Origin: Armatimonadota bacterium
Lineage (GTDB): Bacteria; Armatimonadota; UBA5829; DTLH01
Reading direction: 5' to 3'
DNA length: 64,000 bases
Assembly: GCA_038207085.1 (NCBI GenBank)
Contig: JBBRAE010000002.1
Span: forward strand, 96,001 to 160,000
Part shown: positions 8,297 to 18,093 of the stretch, piece after piece
How positions within the stretch are numbered: the first letter of the stretch is position 1
Layout of the letters: every line of letters starts with the position of its first letter
Position numbers and translations under genes: made by a program
Notes under the pieces: model-generated
Told to the model about the DNA's origin: nothing
What the model saw: only the letters and a program-made list of their open reading frames with translations
Databases searched by the model: none

Positions 8297-10726
8297 CTAC
8301 TTGGCGAGGACTCCGGTGATCCGGATGCTTGCTGTGCCGTCAAAGCAGGATGCCGAAATTCTGTGTCCGTTCACCCTCATCGCCCTTGAGTGGCATTTCA
8401 GCTTGAAGAAATCACCGGTCGGCCCGTCGTAATTGATGACGGGGTTTCGCCCTTCCATTCTCACCTCAGCGCGCTCGAACCTGTCCGCAGCCCAGAGTAT
8501 CTGTTCGCCGCGGAGGGTCACATAGCTGCCGTGGCAGATCCCGCAGGCGGCCATCTTGCCCCCGACCTCCCGGACGATGGCGAGGGACGCGTCCGACTCG
8601 ATCTCACTTGAGCCGTGCTCCCCCGGGGCCTTTGAAAGATACACCCAGTCGACGGTGTCGCCGCAGACAATCTTGAAAGACTTGCCGAAGCGCTCAATTG
8701 TCGGTGGGGTATCGGTGCGGTAGGGGTAGAGGATCGACACGTAGCGCGCCGTCCGACCCGTCTGCCGCAGGTCCAGGACCGACGATGCCCGCGCCGCCGT
8801 TTCGGTAAGCCCGGAAGCGGTGATCACGCTCCCCGCGGTTTCTGTCATAAACCAGCCAGCAAGCCCGCAGGACTCAAACTCCCACTTCAGGAGGCTGTCG
8901 GTATGCTCGCCCAGGCTTTGCACATCGCTGAAGTATTTGGATACCCCCTGCGCCGGTGCGACCACAGGCGCACTTTCCACGAGCCTGCCTTCGCTGTGAA
9001 GTAGCCAGTCGAAGGCGTGTTCGTCAGGGCTATCGAGCTCATCGAGCACTATGGCGAAGTTTCCAATGAGCATGATGTGACGCTTGTGGGTGACTCCGGG
9101 GTAAGCGCTCTCTGACTGTGCCTGCACGCACTGCATGAAAATCCCTGGGCGGAACACGATGTCAAGCGGCGCGGTGACCGGCTGCTGGCAGCGTCCGTCG
9201 ACTACCACGGTGTTGTGTCCGGCGGTGCTTTTGTAGTAATCGGTGACGTTGCTCCCCCAGCCGGGGGTACCGTAGTCGGCTATCATCAGCTTGTCGCTGG
9301 CGTAGAACGTGAAGTTCAGCTGGTCGCGCCTGGCCATCGCCATAGTTTTGGCTTGCCCGTAGTCAAAGGTGATCATCGAGCCCTCATCGGCGCGCAGCGC
9401 AACGAGCCCCGGCCCTTTGAAGTCGCTTGACTCAAGCCTTGGGGTGCGGGTGCGCCCCGGCAGGTCTCTTCCGAAAAGAAATGCGTAGAGGCTTGCCCTT
9501 GTATAGAGATCGCGGTGCTTCACCTGCTCTTTGTTCACGGGGTTCATTGAGAACCCGTAGCCGGTGCGCAACACCCAGGCAAACGCTGGGTCGTTCCACC
9601 TGCGGAAAGCGACTTCGTACAGCGCCATCGGAAGCGGGGAGTTGAACCACCCGTCCCCCGCTGCGGGCGTCTGGAACGATGGGTAAGCGTATGCAATTGG
9701 CGCAAGAAACATCCCCTTGAGTCGTCGTCCGGCAGATGTGTCCTCGTCAAAAAGGTTGATCCCTATTCTGCAGCAAGCCTCGGCGAGATGGATATAGGCC
9801 GTAAGTGCGAAAAAGTGGTGGGTGTGAATAGACTCCGGCCAGAGTCCGCTTTCGTCAAGCTCCGACTCCATCTGCGAGATCACGCGCGCCGCGCCTTCTC
9901 GCACCATCCGAGGGTCCTTCAGCGCGCAGCCGATTACCCCGAGCGCTGATGCGTGGTAGGCCTCCCATATCCCGTCCGAATCAAGCGCCGAGAACGCTCC
10001 AGCTGCCGCGCGGAACAGGCGGCCTTCGATCAGGGTCCTGTCGGCGTAGGAGATCGACTTGCTGTGGTAGACCAGGTCATAGGCTTGAGCGAGCATGATG
10101 ATCCACGCGGCCTCGTCAAGCGACTGCTCGAGCATCCCGCCCTCTTTGCGCGATGTGCGGGTTCCGGGGTAGCTCGCTGCGTATTTGAGAAGAATTTCAA
10201 TGGCTTTGTCGGCGCACTCGGGGTCGCGGTCGATCTGGTAGACAAGGCCGAGAGCGAGGCATCCCGTCGCGAGGTCAAAGTGTTTGAACCAGCCGTAGGC
10301 GGTATCGTATTTGTCGCCCGCGTACGTGCGCCCGCATTCGGGGCAACGGTAGCCGTCACCGGACACGTCTTTGAAGTCAAGGAGGGATCCGTCTTCGCAG
10401 AAGAAGTTGTGGTATTGTCCACCGCGCTCTGGAATTCGTATGGCTTTGGCAAGCCAACGGTTGGCTACGCACAAAAGTCCGGCTCCTGCTAGTTTTGTCT
10501 CGGCTTCAGGGGGGTCTTGAAGGTAGAGGCTGCGTTTCCATCCCGGCTTGGTGAGTCCGCGCCTAAGTACGCTCAGCTCCCGGTCGCTGGCAATGACGAA
10601 CGGGCGCGCAACGGAAGCGAGTAGCCTTGCGATTTCCTCGGTATCGGGCAATCCATGGCCAGTTGTATCGGTTCTGTCCCGAACCGTAATAGTGTCAATA
10701 TTCATCCCGGAGATTCCATTGGGCAC
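8297..10726 (-). CDS. Heparinase II/III family (polysaccharide lyase-like) protein with N-terminal CxxC segment
   Basis: QSLDEA, DYGTPG, STAGHNTVVVDG typical of Hepar_II_III; the expected GHxH is replaced by ARRD. Confidence 0.8.
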   Translation of the reverse strand: MPNGISGMNIDTITVRDRTDTTGHGLPDTEEIARLLASVARPFVIASDRELSVLRRGLTKPGWKRSLYLQDPPEAETKLAGAGLLCVANRWLAKAIRIPERGGQYHNFFCEDGSLLDFKDVSGDGYRCPECGRTYAGDKYDTAYGWFKHFDLATGCLALGLVYQIDRDPECADKAIEILLKYAASYPGTRTSRKEGGMLEQSLDEAAWIIMLAQAYDLVYHSKSISYADRTLIEGRLFRAAAGAFSALDSDGIWEAYHASALGVIGCALKDPRMVREGAARVISQMESELDESGLWPESIHTHHFFALTAYIHLAEACCRIGINLFDEDTSAGRRLKGMFLAPIAYAYPSFQTPAAGDGWFNSPLPMALYEVAFRRWNDPAFAWVLRTGYGFSMNPVNKEQVKHRDLYTRASLYAFLFGRDLPGRTRTPRLESSDFKGPGLVALRADEGSMITFDYGQAKTMAMARRDQLNFTFYASDKLMIADYGTPGWGSNVTDYYKSTAGHNTVVVDGRCQQPVTAPLDIVFRPGIFMQCVQAQSESAYPGVTHKRHIMLIGNFAIVLDELDSPDEHAFDWLLHSEGRLVESAPVVAPAQGVSKYFSDVQSLGEHTDSLLKWEFESCGLAGWFMTETAGSVITASGLTETAARASSVLDLRQTGRTARYVSILYPYRTDTPPTIERFGKSFKIVCGDTVDWVYLSKAPGEHGSSEIESDASLAIVREVGGKMAACGICHGSYVTLRGEQILWAADRFERAEVRMEGRNPVINYDGPTGDFFKLKCHSRAMRVNGHRISASCFDGTASIRITGVLAK

Positions 10727-10941
10727 ATTCCAAACCGCAAAAGCACAACATGGTCACAATAACGACACCCGGTTGCTCTGGTGAACAAGCTCAAACATGT
10801 GTTATGTGAGGGTGGCGCAGCGCGCTTGCCTGCTACCTATAGAATAAACACTTCTTCGCAGAGACTACAGATTCCTCCATAAATATCTGCATTTTTGGCA
10901 GAAATGATATCAGCAGGTTTATGTGGATGTTCGCGCGCGGG

Positions 10942-11613
10942 TCAGCTCTTGGCAAATTGTGGGTCAATAGGGGTGACAACGAGGTCTGACACGATGTCGC
11001 GCGACGCCTTGCGGTAACCCGAGGCGAGTTCGTCGTCGCCTCTTTGACATGCCAGCTCGGCGAGCTTGAGGTAAGTCGCAGTGAGGTTGTACCTGGGAAG
11101 CGGTGCCTGGGGTCTGGTTTCCATTTCCCGCTGCCAGTAGGCCGCTGTCTGTTTGTAGGCCTCTTCAAGCTCTGTAGACGACGGGCTCACATAGCTTGCA
11201 ACCGTGCCCTCGGGCGCCCATGAGCGGTGTCGCCACTCGTAGGGCGCGCGCACCGGCTCTTTGCAGGCCGCGCCGATGTAGAGAATGGCAAGCGCCACTG
11301 CACACATTGCGACAAGGGGTCCGAGCCCGCCTCGTCTGCGTGCGAGTACGCTGTTTGGGATATGCACGCCGCCCCTTCTTGTTGTCTGTGAGGCAAGCGC
11401 GGCAAAGATCATCGCATCGTAGGCCCTGCGTGAGTCGTGGTGGTGCAGCACGTGGTAGGCTTCGTTCAGGTGCGTCAGGCGTTCCTCGGCGTCTGTCAGT
11501 TCGGGGTGTAGGTCGGGGTGGCACGCCCGGACGAGCTTGTGGTAGGCGCGCTTGATCTCAAGGTCTGCCGCGGCACGGTGAACCCCAAGCACAGCGTAGT
11601 AATTCTCTCGCAT
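10942..11613 (-). CDS. Membrane-anchored J-domain (DnaJ-like) protein
   Basis: NYYAVLGV...IKRAYHKL...HPD...LNEAYHVL; one TM segment. Confidence 0.85.
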   Translation of the reverse strand: MRENYYAVLGVHRAAADLEIKRAYHKLVRACHPDLHPELTDAEERLTHLNEAYHVLHHHDSRRAYDAMIFAALASQTTRRGGVHIPNSVLARRRGGLGPLVAMCAVALAILYIGAACKEPVRAPYEWRHRSWAPEGTVASYVSPSSTELEEAYKQTAAYWQREMETRPQAPLPRYNLTATYLKLAELACQRGDDELASGYRKASRDIVSDLVVTPIDPQFAKS

Positions 11614-11709
11614 TGCCTGCCTCCGAGATCGTCCCTCACTGGCATTGTAGCAGTCGAATTTGCCCGCGTCAAGGACTGGCATCGCATCAATCCGAATTGT
11701 AGTGTTTCG

Positions 11710-12696
11710 CTAGGTCGGAGCGTGCTGGTGCGGCGGCGTGGTCGCTCCCGCCGACGGGCTTGCGATCACTTCGCGCGCGATCTGGTTCCAGGTGTTTGAT
11801 TGCTCTTCATGAGGAAGCATCGCGGCTCCGGCGATCACTTCTATGCGGGCGTCGGGGTTGGTCTTCCTGAACTCCTCAGCGGTCTGAGGGCCAGCGATTC
11901 TGGCCTGTGCTCCCCAAACCACCGCCGCCGGCTGTTTCAGCATCGCAAATCGCTCCCGCACCGGTAGGTTCAGCCGACCCGAGACAAACGCGCGCACTGC
12001 GCGGTCCGCGTAGGGCTGATGCGCCACGTCGTAGTAGTGGCGGACGATTTCTGGGGTGACGAGGCTCGGGTCTGAGTAGACCTGGCTTTTCAGGTAGCTC
12101 TCGATGCCCATTCGCGAAGTGATACCATAGTAGACCGACTTGCCGACGACGGGAAGCGCGAGCGCCGCGCCGAGCCCGAAGCTCATCGCCCGCCGCTCGT
12201 CGGCGAGTTCGATCCCGGTCGGGCAGGAGAGAACGAGGTGGCTTATGATCAGCCGGTGCTTTTCGGCGGCGGCGATCGCGTAGGCTCCTCCGTGGGAGCT
12301 TCCGGCGATGCTCGTCGGCCTTCCAATCACGTCGAGGATAAAGTCTGCGATAAGCTGGATGTAGAGGTCAGGGTTGTAGTAGACTGCGGGTTTGTCAGAC
12401 AGACCGAAGCCGAGCAGGTCGAGCGCGTAGACGGTATGAGTTTCGGCAAGCGCACGGAAGTTCTTGCGCCACTCGAAGTTCGACGCCCCGGCGTACACTC
12501 CGTGGATAAAGAGCAGCGGGTCGCCCTCGCCGTCCATCGTGTAGAAGACGTCACCGAGACGCCAGCGGTAGGTCCGCTCGTGCCCCCCGAGCTCGTTATC
12601 AAGCGTATCGGACTTGCGTCCGATGTATATATTCGCTGCGGCGGCTCCGGCTGTTACTGCGCCGAGCGCCGCAAGGCCACTGTATCTTTGTTTCAC
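11710..12696 (-). CDS. Alpha/beta-fold hydrolase
   Basis: FIHG, DLLGFGLSDKP, GSSHGG nucleophile elbow, LPHEE. Confidence 0.9.
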   Translation of the reverse strand: MKQRYSGLAALGAVTAGAAAANIYIGRKSDTLDNELGGHERTYRWRLGDVFYTMDGEGDPLLFIHGVYAGASNFEWRKNFRALAETHTVYALDLLGFGLSDKPAVYYNPDLYIQLIADFILDVIGRPTSIAGSSHGGAYAIAAAEKHRLIISHLVLSCPTGIELADERRAMSFGLGAALALPVVGKSVYYGITSRMGIESYLKSQVYSDPSLVTPEIVRHYYDVAHQPYADRAVRAFVSGRLNLPVRERFAMLKQPAAVVWGAQARIAGPQTAEEFRKTNPDARIEVIAGAAMLPHEEQSNTWNQIAREVIASPSAGATTPPHQHAPT

Positions 12697-12742
12697 AAAA
12701 GCTCACCTCCGATGGTTAAGGCCAGTCGCGGCCAGACATCTT

Positions 12743-12769
12743 GTACCATCGAAGAATGCGGGGCTAAAC
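12743..12769 (-). promoter_or_regulatory. Degenerate sigmaB/sigmaF-type promoter
   Basis: GTTT-N17-TGGTAC. Confidence 0.45.
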
Positions 12770-12867
12770 AGGGGTAATCAGACCGGCCCGCCGAATGGTC
12801 GATTCGGCGGGCCGGCAATTTCGGGGTTCAACCCGCGGTATATTTCAGAAACGCCAAAATTGGCTGG

Positions 12868-13071
12868 CTAAGCGGCAATCTCTACCTCGTCACCGCCACG
12901 CTCCGAGTAAGATGTCTTGCTGCCACGGGACCGATAGAAATCAAACATATATACGGTGCTTTCGCTGCGTTCAGCCGTGCCCGCGCACTCTCTGCAGAGA
13001 AGCTCCGCATCCATATCCTGCAGGTACTCCGGCAGGTTGTTAATCTGTTTTCCACACTTGCTGCATTTCAT
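12868..13071 (-). CDS. Small zinc-ribbon protein (67 aa)
   Basis: MKCSKCG...LLCRECAG; GGAAAGG RBS; hairpin at about 12783-12817 downstream. Confidence 0.8.
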   Translation of the reverse strand: MKCSKCGKQINNLPEYLQDMDAELLCRECAGTAERSESTVYMFDFYRSRGSKTSYSERGGDEVEIAA

Positions 13072-13170
13072 CTCAAGTCACTGCCTTTCCGGTCGGGCCG
13101 GGGAGAGACCAACCTCCCAGGCGGTGAGTCTCTCTATCAAGAGAGCACCCTACGCTCCGACGACATTTAT

Positions 13171-13197
13171 ATACCCCCAGGGGTATAGCGACTAAAC
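13171..13197 (-). promoter_or_regulatory. sigmaB/sigmaF-type promoter
   Basis: GTTT-N17-GGGTAT. Confidence 0.7.
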
Positions 13198-13241
13198 GCA
13201 AACGAGTTGGATATATGTAGATTTTTTGTGGGGGCTAAACT

Positions 13242-13682
13242 TTAGCGGGGCTTGTTAGCTGTTACGCGACGGGACTTGCGGGCGTATTTCACCAGGCGGA
13301 CGGTGGTGCCGTGCGCGCCTGTCAGGTACTCCACCTTGTCGGCAAGTGTCTTCATAAGCGGGATGCCGTAGCCGCCGATCTGAGGGGACTTTGTCGTGCG
13401 CTCGGCGCAGGGGTCGAACCCGTGGCCATTGTCGCTGATCTCGGCTGTCAGGCTGCCGGACTGTGTGTGCAGGCGGATAGTGATCCGATCGTTTGCACAG
13501 TTGTTTGCACCGTGGCGGATGGCGTTTGCGCAGGCTTCGGTGACGGCAAGCTTGGTATCGTAGCACTCTCGCTCGTCCAATCCGACGTTTTCGGCGAGGC
13601 AGCCGATGATGCGGCGAACCCGTGCAAGGTACGTGGGGTTGTTGCTTATGCAAAGCTCTGTAATTGTGCCGTTTGGAACCAT
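13242..13682 (-). CDS. RsbW/SpoIIAB-like anti-sigma factor (HATPase_c)
   Basis: LAVTEACANAIRHG, ISDNGHGFDP, GGYGIPLMKTLADKV; start could be 13715. Confidence 0.9.
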   Translation of the reverse strand: MVPNGTITELCISNNPTYLARVRRIIGCLAENVGLDERECYDTKLAVTEACANAIRHGANNCANDRITIRLHTQSGSLTAEISDNGHGFDPCAERTTKSPQIGGYGIPLMKTLADKVEYLTGAHGTTVRLVKYARKSRRVTANKPR

Positions 13683-13894
13683 ATCTCTGCCGTCCTTGCC
13701 CCGGACTGTCCTCATGCACTGTGGCGCAAGTCTGTTGCCGCAGCATTCGGACGGACTAATCTAACACAGCCATAATAACGGTGTCAACATGATTTTGACG
13801 GCTTGGGTGGGGAAATCTACCCAGTGGATTTTCTACCCATGCGGCGGGCCGAACTATTCTATCGGCCTCTGAGATTCGGCAGAATACAACACAC

Positions 13895-13933
13895 AAAAAA
13901 CCGGAGCCTGTGATCTGTGATCAAGACTCCGGT
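13895..13933 (-). terminator. Rho-independent terminator (for accDA and/or a candidate sRNA)
   Basis: ACCGGAGTCTTGATCACAGATCACAGGCTCCGG-TTTTTT. Confidence 0.85.
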
Positions 13934-13966
13934 GATTCGGTGAAAGAATGTTACTCTCTGTATTGT

Positions 13967-13992
13967 ATACCCCGATGCCGGGCTGCTAAAAC
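13967..13992 (-). promoter_or_regulatory. sigmaB/sigmaF-type promoter with no ORF before the next terminator
   Basis: GTTT-N16-GGGTAT. Confidence 0.5.
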
Positions 13993-14010
13993 CAGGCGGG
14001 AGTAAAACGT

Positions 14011-15006
14011 TCAGCTTTCCATTTCCTCAAGCTCCGGCTCAGAAAAGAAGCTTCCCATATTGCGGAACTTCGCGTAGCGCTCCTCGGCGAGAGCTTCGCC
14101 GGAGATGCCCTGCAGCTCGTGCAGGTTCCTCAATATCGCAGCTTTGAGCGTTCGCGCGGTCTCGTCTACGTTTCGGTGAGCGCCGCCCAAGGGTTCGGGG
14201 ACGATCTCATCGATCACTCCAAGCCCAAGCGCGTCTTTGGCGGTAATCTTGAGCGCCGCGGCCGCGTCGGCTCCGCGGGTTGGGTCGCGCCAGAGGATCG
14301 CGGCACACCCCTCGGGCGGGATGACGGAGTAGATGCCGTGCTCGAGCATAAGCAGTCTGTTGCCGACGGCGATGCCTATCGCGCCGCCCGAGCCGCCTTC
14401 GCCTATCAGGGCGACTATGACCGGGACCTTGAGGGTCGACATCTCCATTAAGTTGCGGGCGATCGCTTCGCTTATGCCTCGCTCCTCGGATCCAACGCTG
14501 CAGTCAGCGGCGGGGGTGTCGACAAAGCAGACGATGGGTCGACCGAACTTTTCGGCAAGCTTCATAAGCCTAAGGGCCTTGCGGTAGCCTTCGGGTTTGG
14601 CGCTTCCGAAGTTTCGGTACTGGCGGTCTTTCAGGTCTCGGCCTTTCTGCTGGCCGACCCAGACCACCTGGTGCCCCCCGATCACGCCTATCCCGCCGAC
14701 CATCGCGTGGTCGTCGGCAAAGAGCCGGTCTCCGTGGAGTTCGGAATAGTCTTCGAACATCAGGCGCACGAGGTCGAGCGTGTACGGCCTCTTGGGGTGT
14801 CTCGCGAGGAGCGTTTTGTCCCAGGGGGTCAGGCTCGAGAAAATCTGCGCCATAATCTTATCGCGCATCTCTTCGAGTCTGGCGATCTCCGCTGACGGGT
14901 CCTCGTCTTTTTCGTCGGCGAGCTCCCTGATAGCATTGATCTGAGCGTCGAGCTCCTGGATCGGTTTTTCGAAATCGAGTATATTCAGGTTACTGCTAGC
15001 GGCCAC
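14011..15006 (-). CDS. accA: Acetyl-CoA carboxylase carboxyltransferase alpha
   Basis: LDFEKPI, LARHPKRP, LHGDRLFADD, GEGGSGGA; start reassigned to GTG 15006. Confidence 0.97.
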   Translation of the reverse strand: MAASSNLNILDFEKPIQELDAQINAIRELADEKDEDPSAEIARLEEMRDKIMAQIFSSLTPWDKTLLARHPKRPYTLDLVRLMFEDYSELHGDRLFADDHAMVGGIGVIGGHQVVWVGQQKGRDLKDRQYRNFGSAKPEGYRKALRLMKLAEKFGRPIVCFVDTPAADCSVGSEERGISEAIARNLMEMSTLKVPVIVALIGEGGSGGAIGIAVGNRLLMLEHGIYSVIPPEGCAAILWRDPTRGADAAAALKITAKDALGLGVIDEIVPEPLGGAHRNVDETARTLKAAILRNLHELQGISGEALAEERYAKFRNMGSFFSEPELEEMES

Positions 15007-15862
15007 TTGCAACCTCCCGGTGGCAGAAATCGAGCAGCTTGCCCAGAGTCTGCTTGAGTTCACGTCTTGGTGTGACGAGGTCGACCATCCCGTGATCGAG
15101 CTGGAAATCCGCTCGCTGGAAGTTCGGCGGCCTGTTGATGACCCCCGCCTGTTGCGCGACCCGCTCGCCGGCAAACCCGATAAGGGCCCCGGGCTCCGCG
15201 ATGATGACGTCGCCGATCGATGCAAAGCTCGCATGCACCCCTGCGGTCGTCGGGTCGGTGTGAACAACGATGTAGGGGAGACCCGCCTCGTGGATTTTGG
15301 CGACCGCGGCGCTTGTTTTCGCCATCTGCATCAGGGCAAGGATCCCTTCCTGCATTCGCGCGCCGCCGGAGGCACAGAAGGCGATAAAGGGCCTTCGCTC
15401 CTCGATCGCAAGCTCGATGCCGCGCACGATCTTCTCGCCCAGGACGCCGCCCATACTTCCGCCCATAAAGCTGAAGTCGGCGACTGCGAGGACTACGGGC
15501 ATGCAGTCGATGGTCGCTGTTCCGACGACGAGCGACTCATCCATCCCCGAGCTTGCCCGACCTTTGGCGATTTTCGCGTTGTATTCCGGGAAGTCCAGGG
15601 GGTTGGTCGTCCGCAGATCGTCTGCAAACTCCTCAAAGCTCCCTTCGTCGGCGGTGAAGGCGATCCGCTCCATGGCTTTTAGCCTGAAGTGGTAATTGCA
15701 CTTGCCGCAGACGCGGAAGTTTTTCTCAAGTTCTTTATTAAAGAGTATCTCATTGCATTTTGGGCACTTAGTCCAAAGACCATCGGGTAGCGCATCAACG
15801 CTTTGTCTAGCGATCTTGCGCGCGCTCTTGGACCTACGCCCGAACCAGCCTGTAGTAGCCAT
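14996..15862 (-). CDS. accD: Acetyl-CoA carboxylase carboxyltransferase beta
   Basis: WTKCPKC...VCGKCNYH zinc finger, FMGGSMG, SGGARMQEG. Confidence 0.97.
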   Translation of the reverse strand: MATTGWFGRRSKSARKIARQSVDALPDGLWTKCPKCNEILFNKELEKNFRVCGKCNYHFRLKAMERIAFTADEGSFEEFADDLRTTNPLDFPEYNAKIAKGRASSGMDESLVVGTATIDCMPVVLAVADFSFMGGSMGGVLGEKIVRGIELAIEERRPFIAFCASGGARMQEGILALMQMAKTSAAVAKIHEAGLPYIVVHTDPTTAGVHASFASIGDVIIAEPGALIGFAGERVAQQAGVINRPPNFQRADFQLDHGMVDLVTPRRELKQTLGKLLDFCHREVASGR

Positions 15863-15937
15863 ATTACCAAACGCACCTACGATTATTGATGGTATAGTAT
15901 ACCATATTGACGGGGTTCGGTGGGAAGTGCGGATTTT

Positions 15938-15972
15938 TGGCAGCATCAGAATAGCCAGGAGCCTTCTGGTTG
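15938..15972. repeat. 35-bp direct repeat, copy 1
   Basis: TGGCAGCATCAGAATAGCCAGGAGCCTTCTGGTTG; one mismatch to 16643-16677. Confidence 0.9.
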
Positions 15973-16642
15973 TGCAGTTCGTTTCGGTTCGTTTTCACGC
16001 TCGAATTCACGGTATTTCAGTTCGTATTTCACGCTTGGGCTGAGCGTGAAATGAGTTCGTTCTAGAGCTTTTCACACTTTTCCTCCCGATCCATTGAGGT
16101 AGTGAACGGGATGAGGGCACTGAATGCCATATTGGTGGAAGGTCTCGTTGTCTATGAGTAGTTGTATATTAATAATATACATTATTGGGCAGGAAATCAA
16201 GGGATAAAGTGGGGTGATTTTGGGGTATTTGTGCGAACGGGTGTGCGAGCGGTGTGTGGGATTTATGGAGCCGATGCAGCCCCCTCACCCTCGATGGGGG
16301 ACTTGATCGCATCGTGCCGGGAGACGCTGCACCATCAGAATCACTGAAACGAAACGGTGAAGGGGATTAGCTTCCGGTGGTTGCAGCACGTTGCGAGATT
16401 GTAGGAGCGCACCCTTCGAGAGCCTCAGGGTGAGGGGTTGGTTTGGGTGTAGGTATGAGAGGTTGGAGAGGTTGTACCGCGACCACCAATCTATCAAATA
16501 TAGATCAATGTAAAGCCAATCACGTTGAGGCTCTAGAAACGTGCGCACCACCCAAGCTACCGGCTTCCACCGCAAACTGTCGTAGCTCCACCCGAATATA
16601 CAAAGTGAGAAGGACACGTGGTCGCCACCGTATCCGGAAAAA

Positions 16643-16677
16643 TGGCAGCATCAGAATAGCCAGGAGCCTTCCGGTTG
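16643..16677. repeat. 35-bp direct repeat, copy 2
   Basis: TGGCAGCATCAGAATAGCCAGGAGCCTTCCGGTTG. Confidence 0.9.
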
Positions 16678-16780
16678 GTCAGCCTTCTCTCGTACCTTGG
16701 GATATATACGTAGACGCTCATGCGGTTGCCCCTTAACTTACTCTTCTTGAAGTCCCTTCTTCGATGCTCCCCTTTGACAG

Positions 16781-17200
16781 CTAGTTCTTCCTGAACTTTG
16801 TAAGCACCACGCGACCGCCGTCGTCGTTTGACAGTTTCACTTGGTCCATCAGGATGCGCATCAGAGGGATACCCCGGCCTCGGGATGAGTCGGTTGTCGG
16901 CATTTCCGGAAGGGTTATCTTGGGGATGCCATTGCCCTGGTCGTGGATTTCTACTACAAAGCGGTCGGGGTAGACCTGGGCGATTACGGTGATCTGGTTC
17001 TCTTCGCCAAGGGGGGAGCCGTGCGTGGCGGCGTTGGTGACGGCCTCAAAGGCGGCTGTCACGATTCGCTGCACCTCACGCTCGGGGAATTCGGTCTGAA
17101 GGGCGGCGTGCTCTATCAGATCGCGGACGCGGCGGAGGTGGTCCAGTCGGCTTGGGATAGTGATCTTGGTCTGCGTGACAGGCGCTTGGTCCTGGGCCAT
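16781..17200 (-). CDS. RsbW-like anti-sigma factor
   Basis: EAVTNAATHG, IHDQGNGI, RGRGIPLMRILMDQV. Confidence 0.9.
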   Translation of the reverse strand: MAQDQAPVTQTKITIPSRLDHLRRVRDLIEHAALQTEFPEREVQRIVTAAFEAVTNAATHGSPLGEENQITVIAQVYPDRFVVEIHDQGNGIPKITLPEMPTTDSSRGRGIPLMRILMDQVKLSNDDGGRVVLTKFRKN

Positions 17201-17202
17201 GC

Positions 17203-17514
17203 TCAGGGATCGACGTCCATCACAGCGTTGAAACCGGTGATCGTCAGCACCGTCTGAGGCTGGCTTCCATCGGCGACGTTTACCTTCAGCCGCTCGCCCT
17301 GCGCCATCAGCTTGCGGTTGATGACAAGCAGCTGCTCAAGGCCTGCGGAGTCGATGTAGTCCGTCCCGGTAAGGTCAACGACAAACCGCCGCTGTTCCCG
17401 CGACTCGGCGGCCTTGGCTGCGGCAGCCTGAAAAGTGGGCACCGATGTGAGGTCCAGGTCACCCTCGACTTTGATATTGATCTCTTCTAAAGTTTCGTTG
17501 GTATGAATAGCCAT
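17203..17514 (-). CDS. STAS domain anti-anti-sigma factor (RsbV/SpoIIAA-like)
   Basis: VEGDLDL, VDLTGTDYIDSAGL with the conserved phosphorylatable Ser. Confidence 0.92.
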   Translation of the reverse strand: MAIHTNETLEEINIKVEGDLDLTSVPTFQAAAAKAAESREQRRFVVDLTGTDYIDSAGLEQLLVINRKLMAQGERLKVNVADGSQPQTVLTITGFNAVMDVDP

Positions 17515-17560
17515 TGGCGCAAATTATCCAATTCTGCGAGTGTCGATCTTGTGGCGAGAA

Positions 17561-18061
17561 CTATTCCTCGCTCGGTGTGTCAGCAGGGACTTTCATCTCG
17601 ATTATCCGCGCTGAGATCGACGCCAGAGCCGCAGCGACATCTTCAGCCGTCGCCGCTTTACTGCCATCTGTTATTATCGGCGAGTCGCCACCCAAATATT
17701 TACCTGTTTTTAGCGCCGCAAGGGCATCACTTGCCCATTTGGGCGCGCCAGAGACCGCGTTTGCAGTCTCGACAGGCTTCTTCGTCTCACCCTTTGGCTG
17801 CGCTATCGGCGCAAGCAGCTCGGTCACTCGCGCAAGCACCACGGCAAGCTCGTACCGCGTAACCGGACGGTCGCCTTTGAACTCGCCGTCAGGGTAGCCC
17901 TTAAGTATCCCCATATCCGAAAGCAAATTAAGCGAGTCGCCGGCCCAGTGGTCCTCCGGCACATCAGTATATGCCGGTTTGTCCTTGGCCTGCTCACCCT
18001 CAGCCGAACACGGCAGAACACAAGCGAAAGCGAGAAAGAGGACAGTCGCCCAGGTTTTCAT
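17561..18061 (-). CDS. Secreted S-layer homology (SLH) domain protein
   Basis: Signal peptide; YTDVPEDHWA...GYPDGEFKGDRPVTRYELA. Confidence 0.9.
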   Translation of the reverse strand: MKTWATVLFLAFACVLPCSAEGEQAKDKPAYTDVPEDHWAGDSLNLLSDMGILKGYPDGEFKGDRPVTRYELAVVLARVTELLAPIAQPKGETKKPVETANAVSGAPKWASDALAALKTGKYLGGDSPIITDGSKAATAEDVAAALASISARIIEMKVPADTPSEE

Positions 18062-18093
18062 ATTGTTATCCGCCTTCTTAAGCGGCGGCTGAG

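Noticed and set aside
15938..16677. CRISPR repeats or a tRNA/tmRNA 3' end (the minus strand ends in GCCA)
   Set aside because: Only two copies about 700 bp apart, no cas genes, and no T-arm or cloverleaf.
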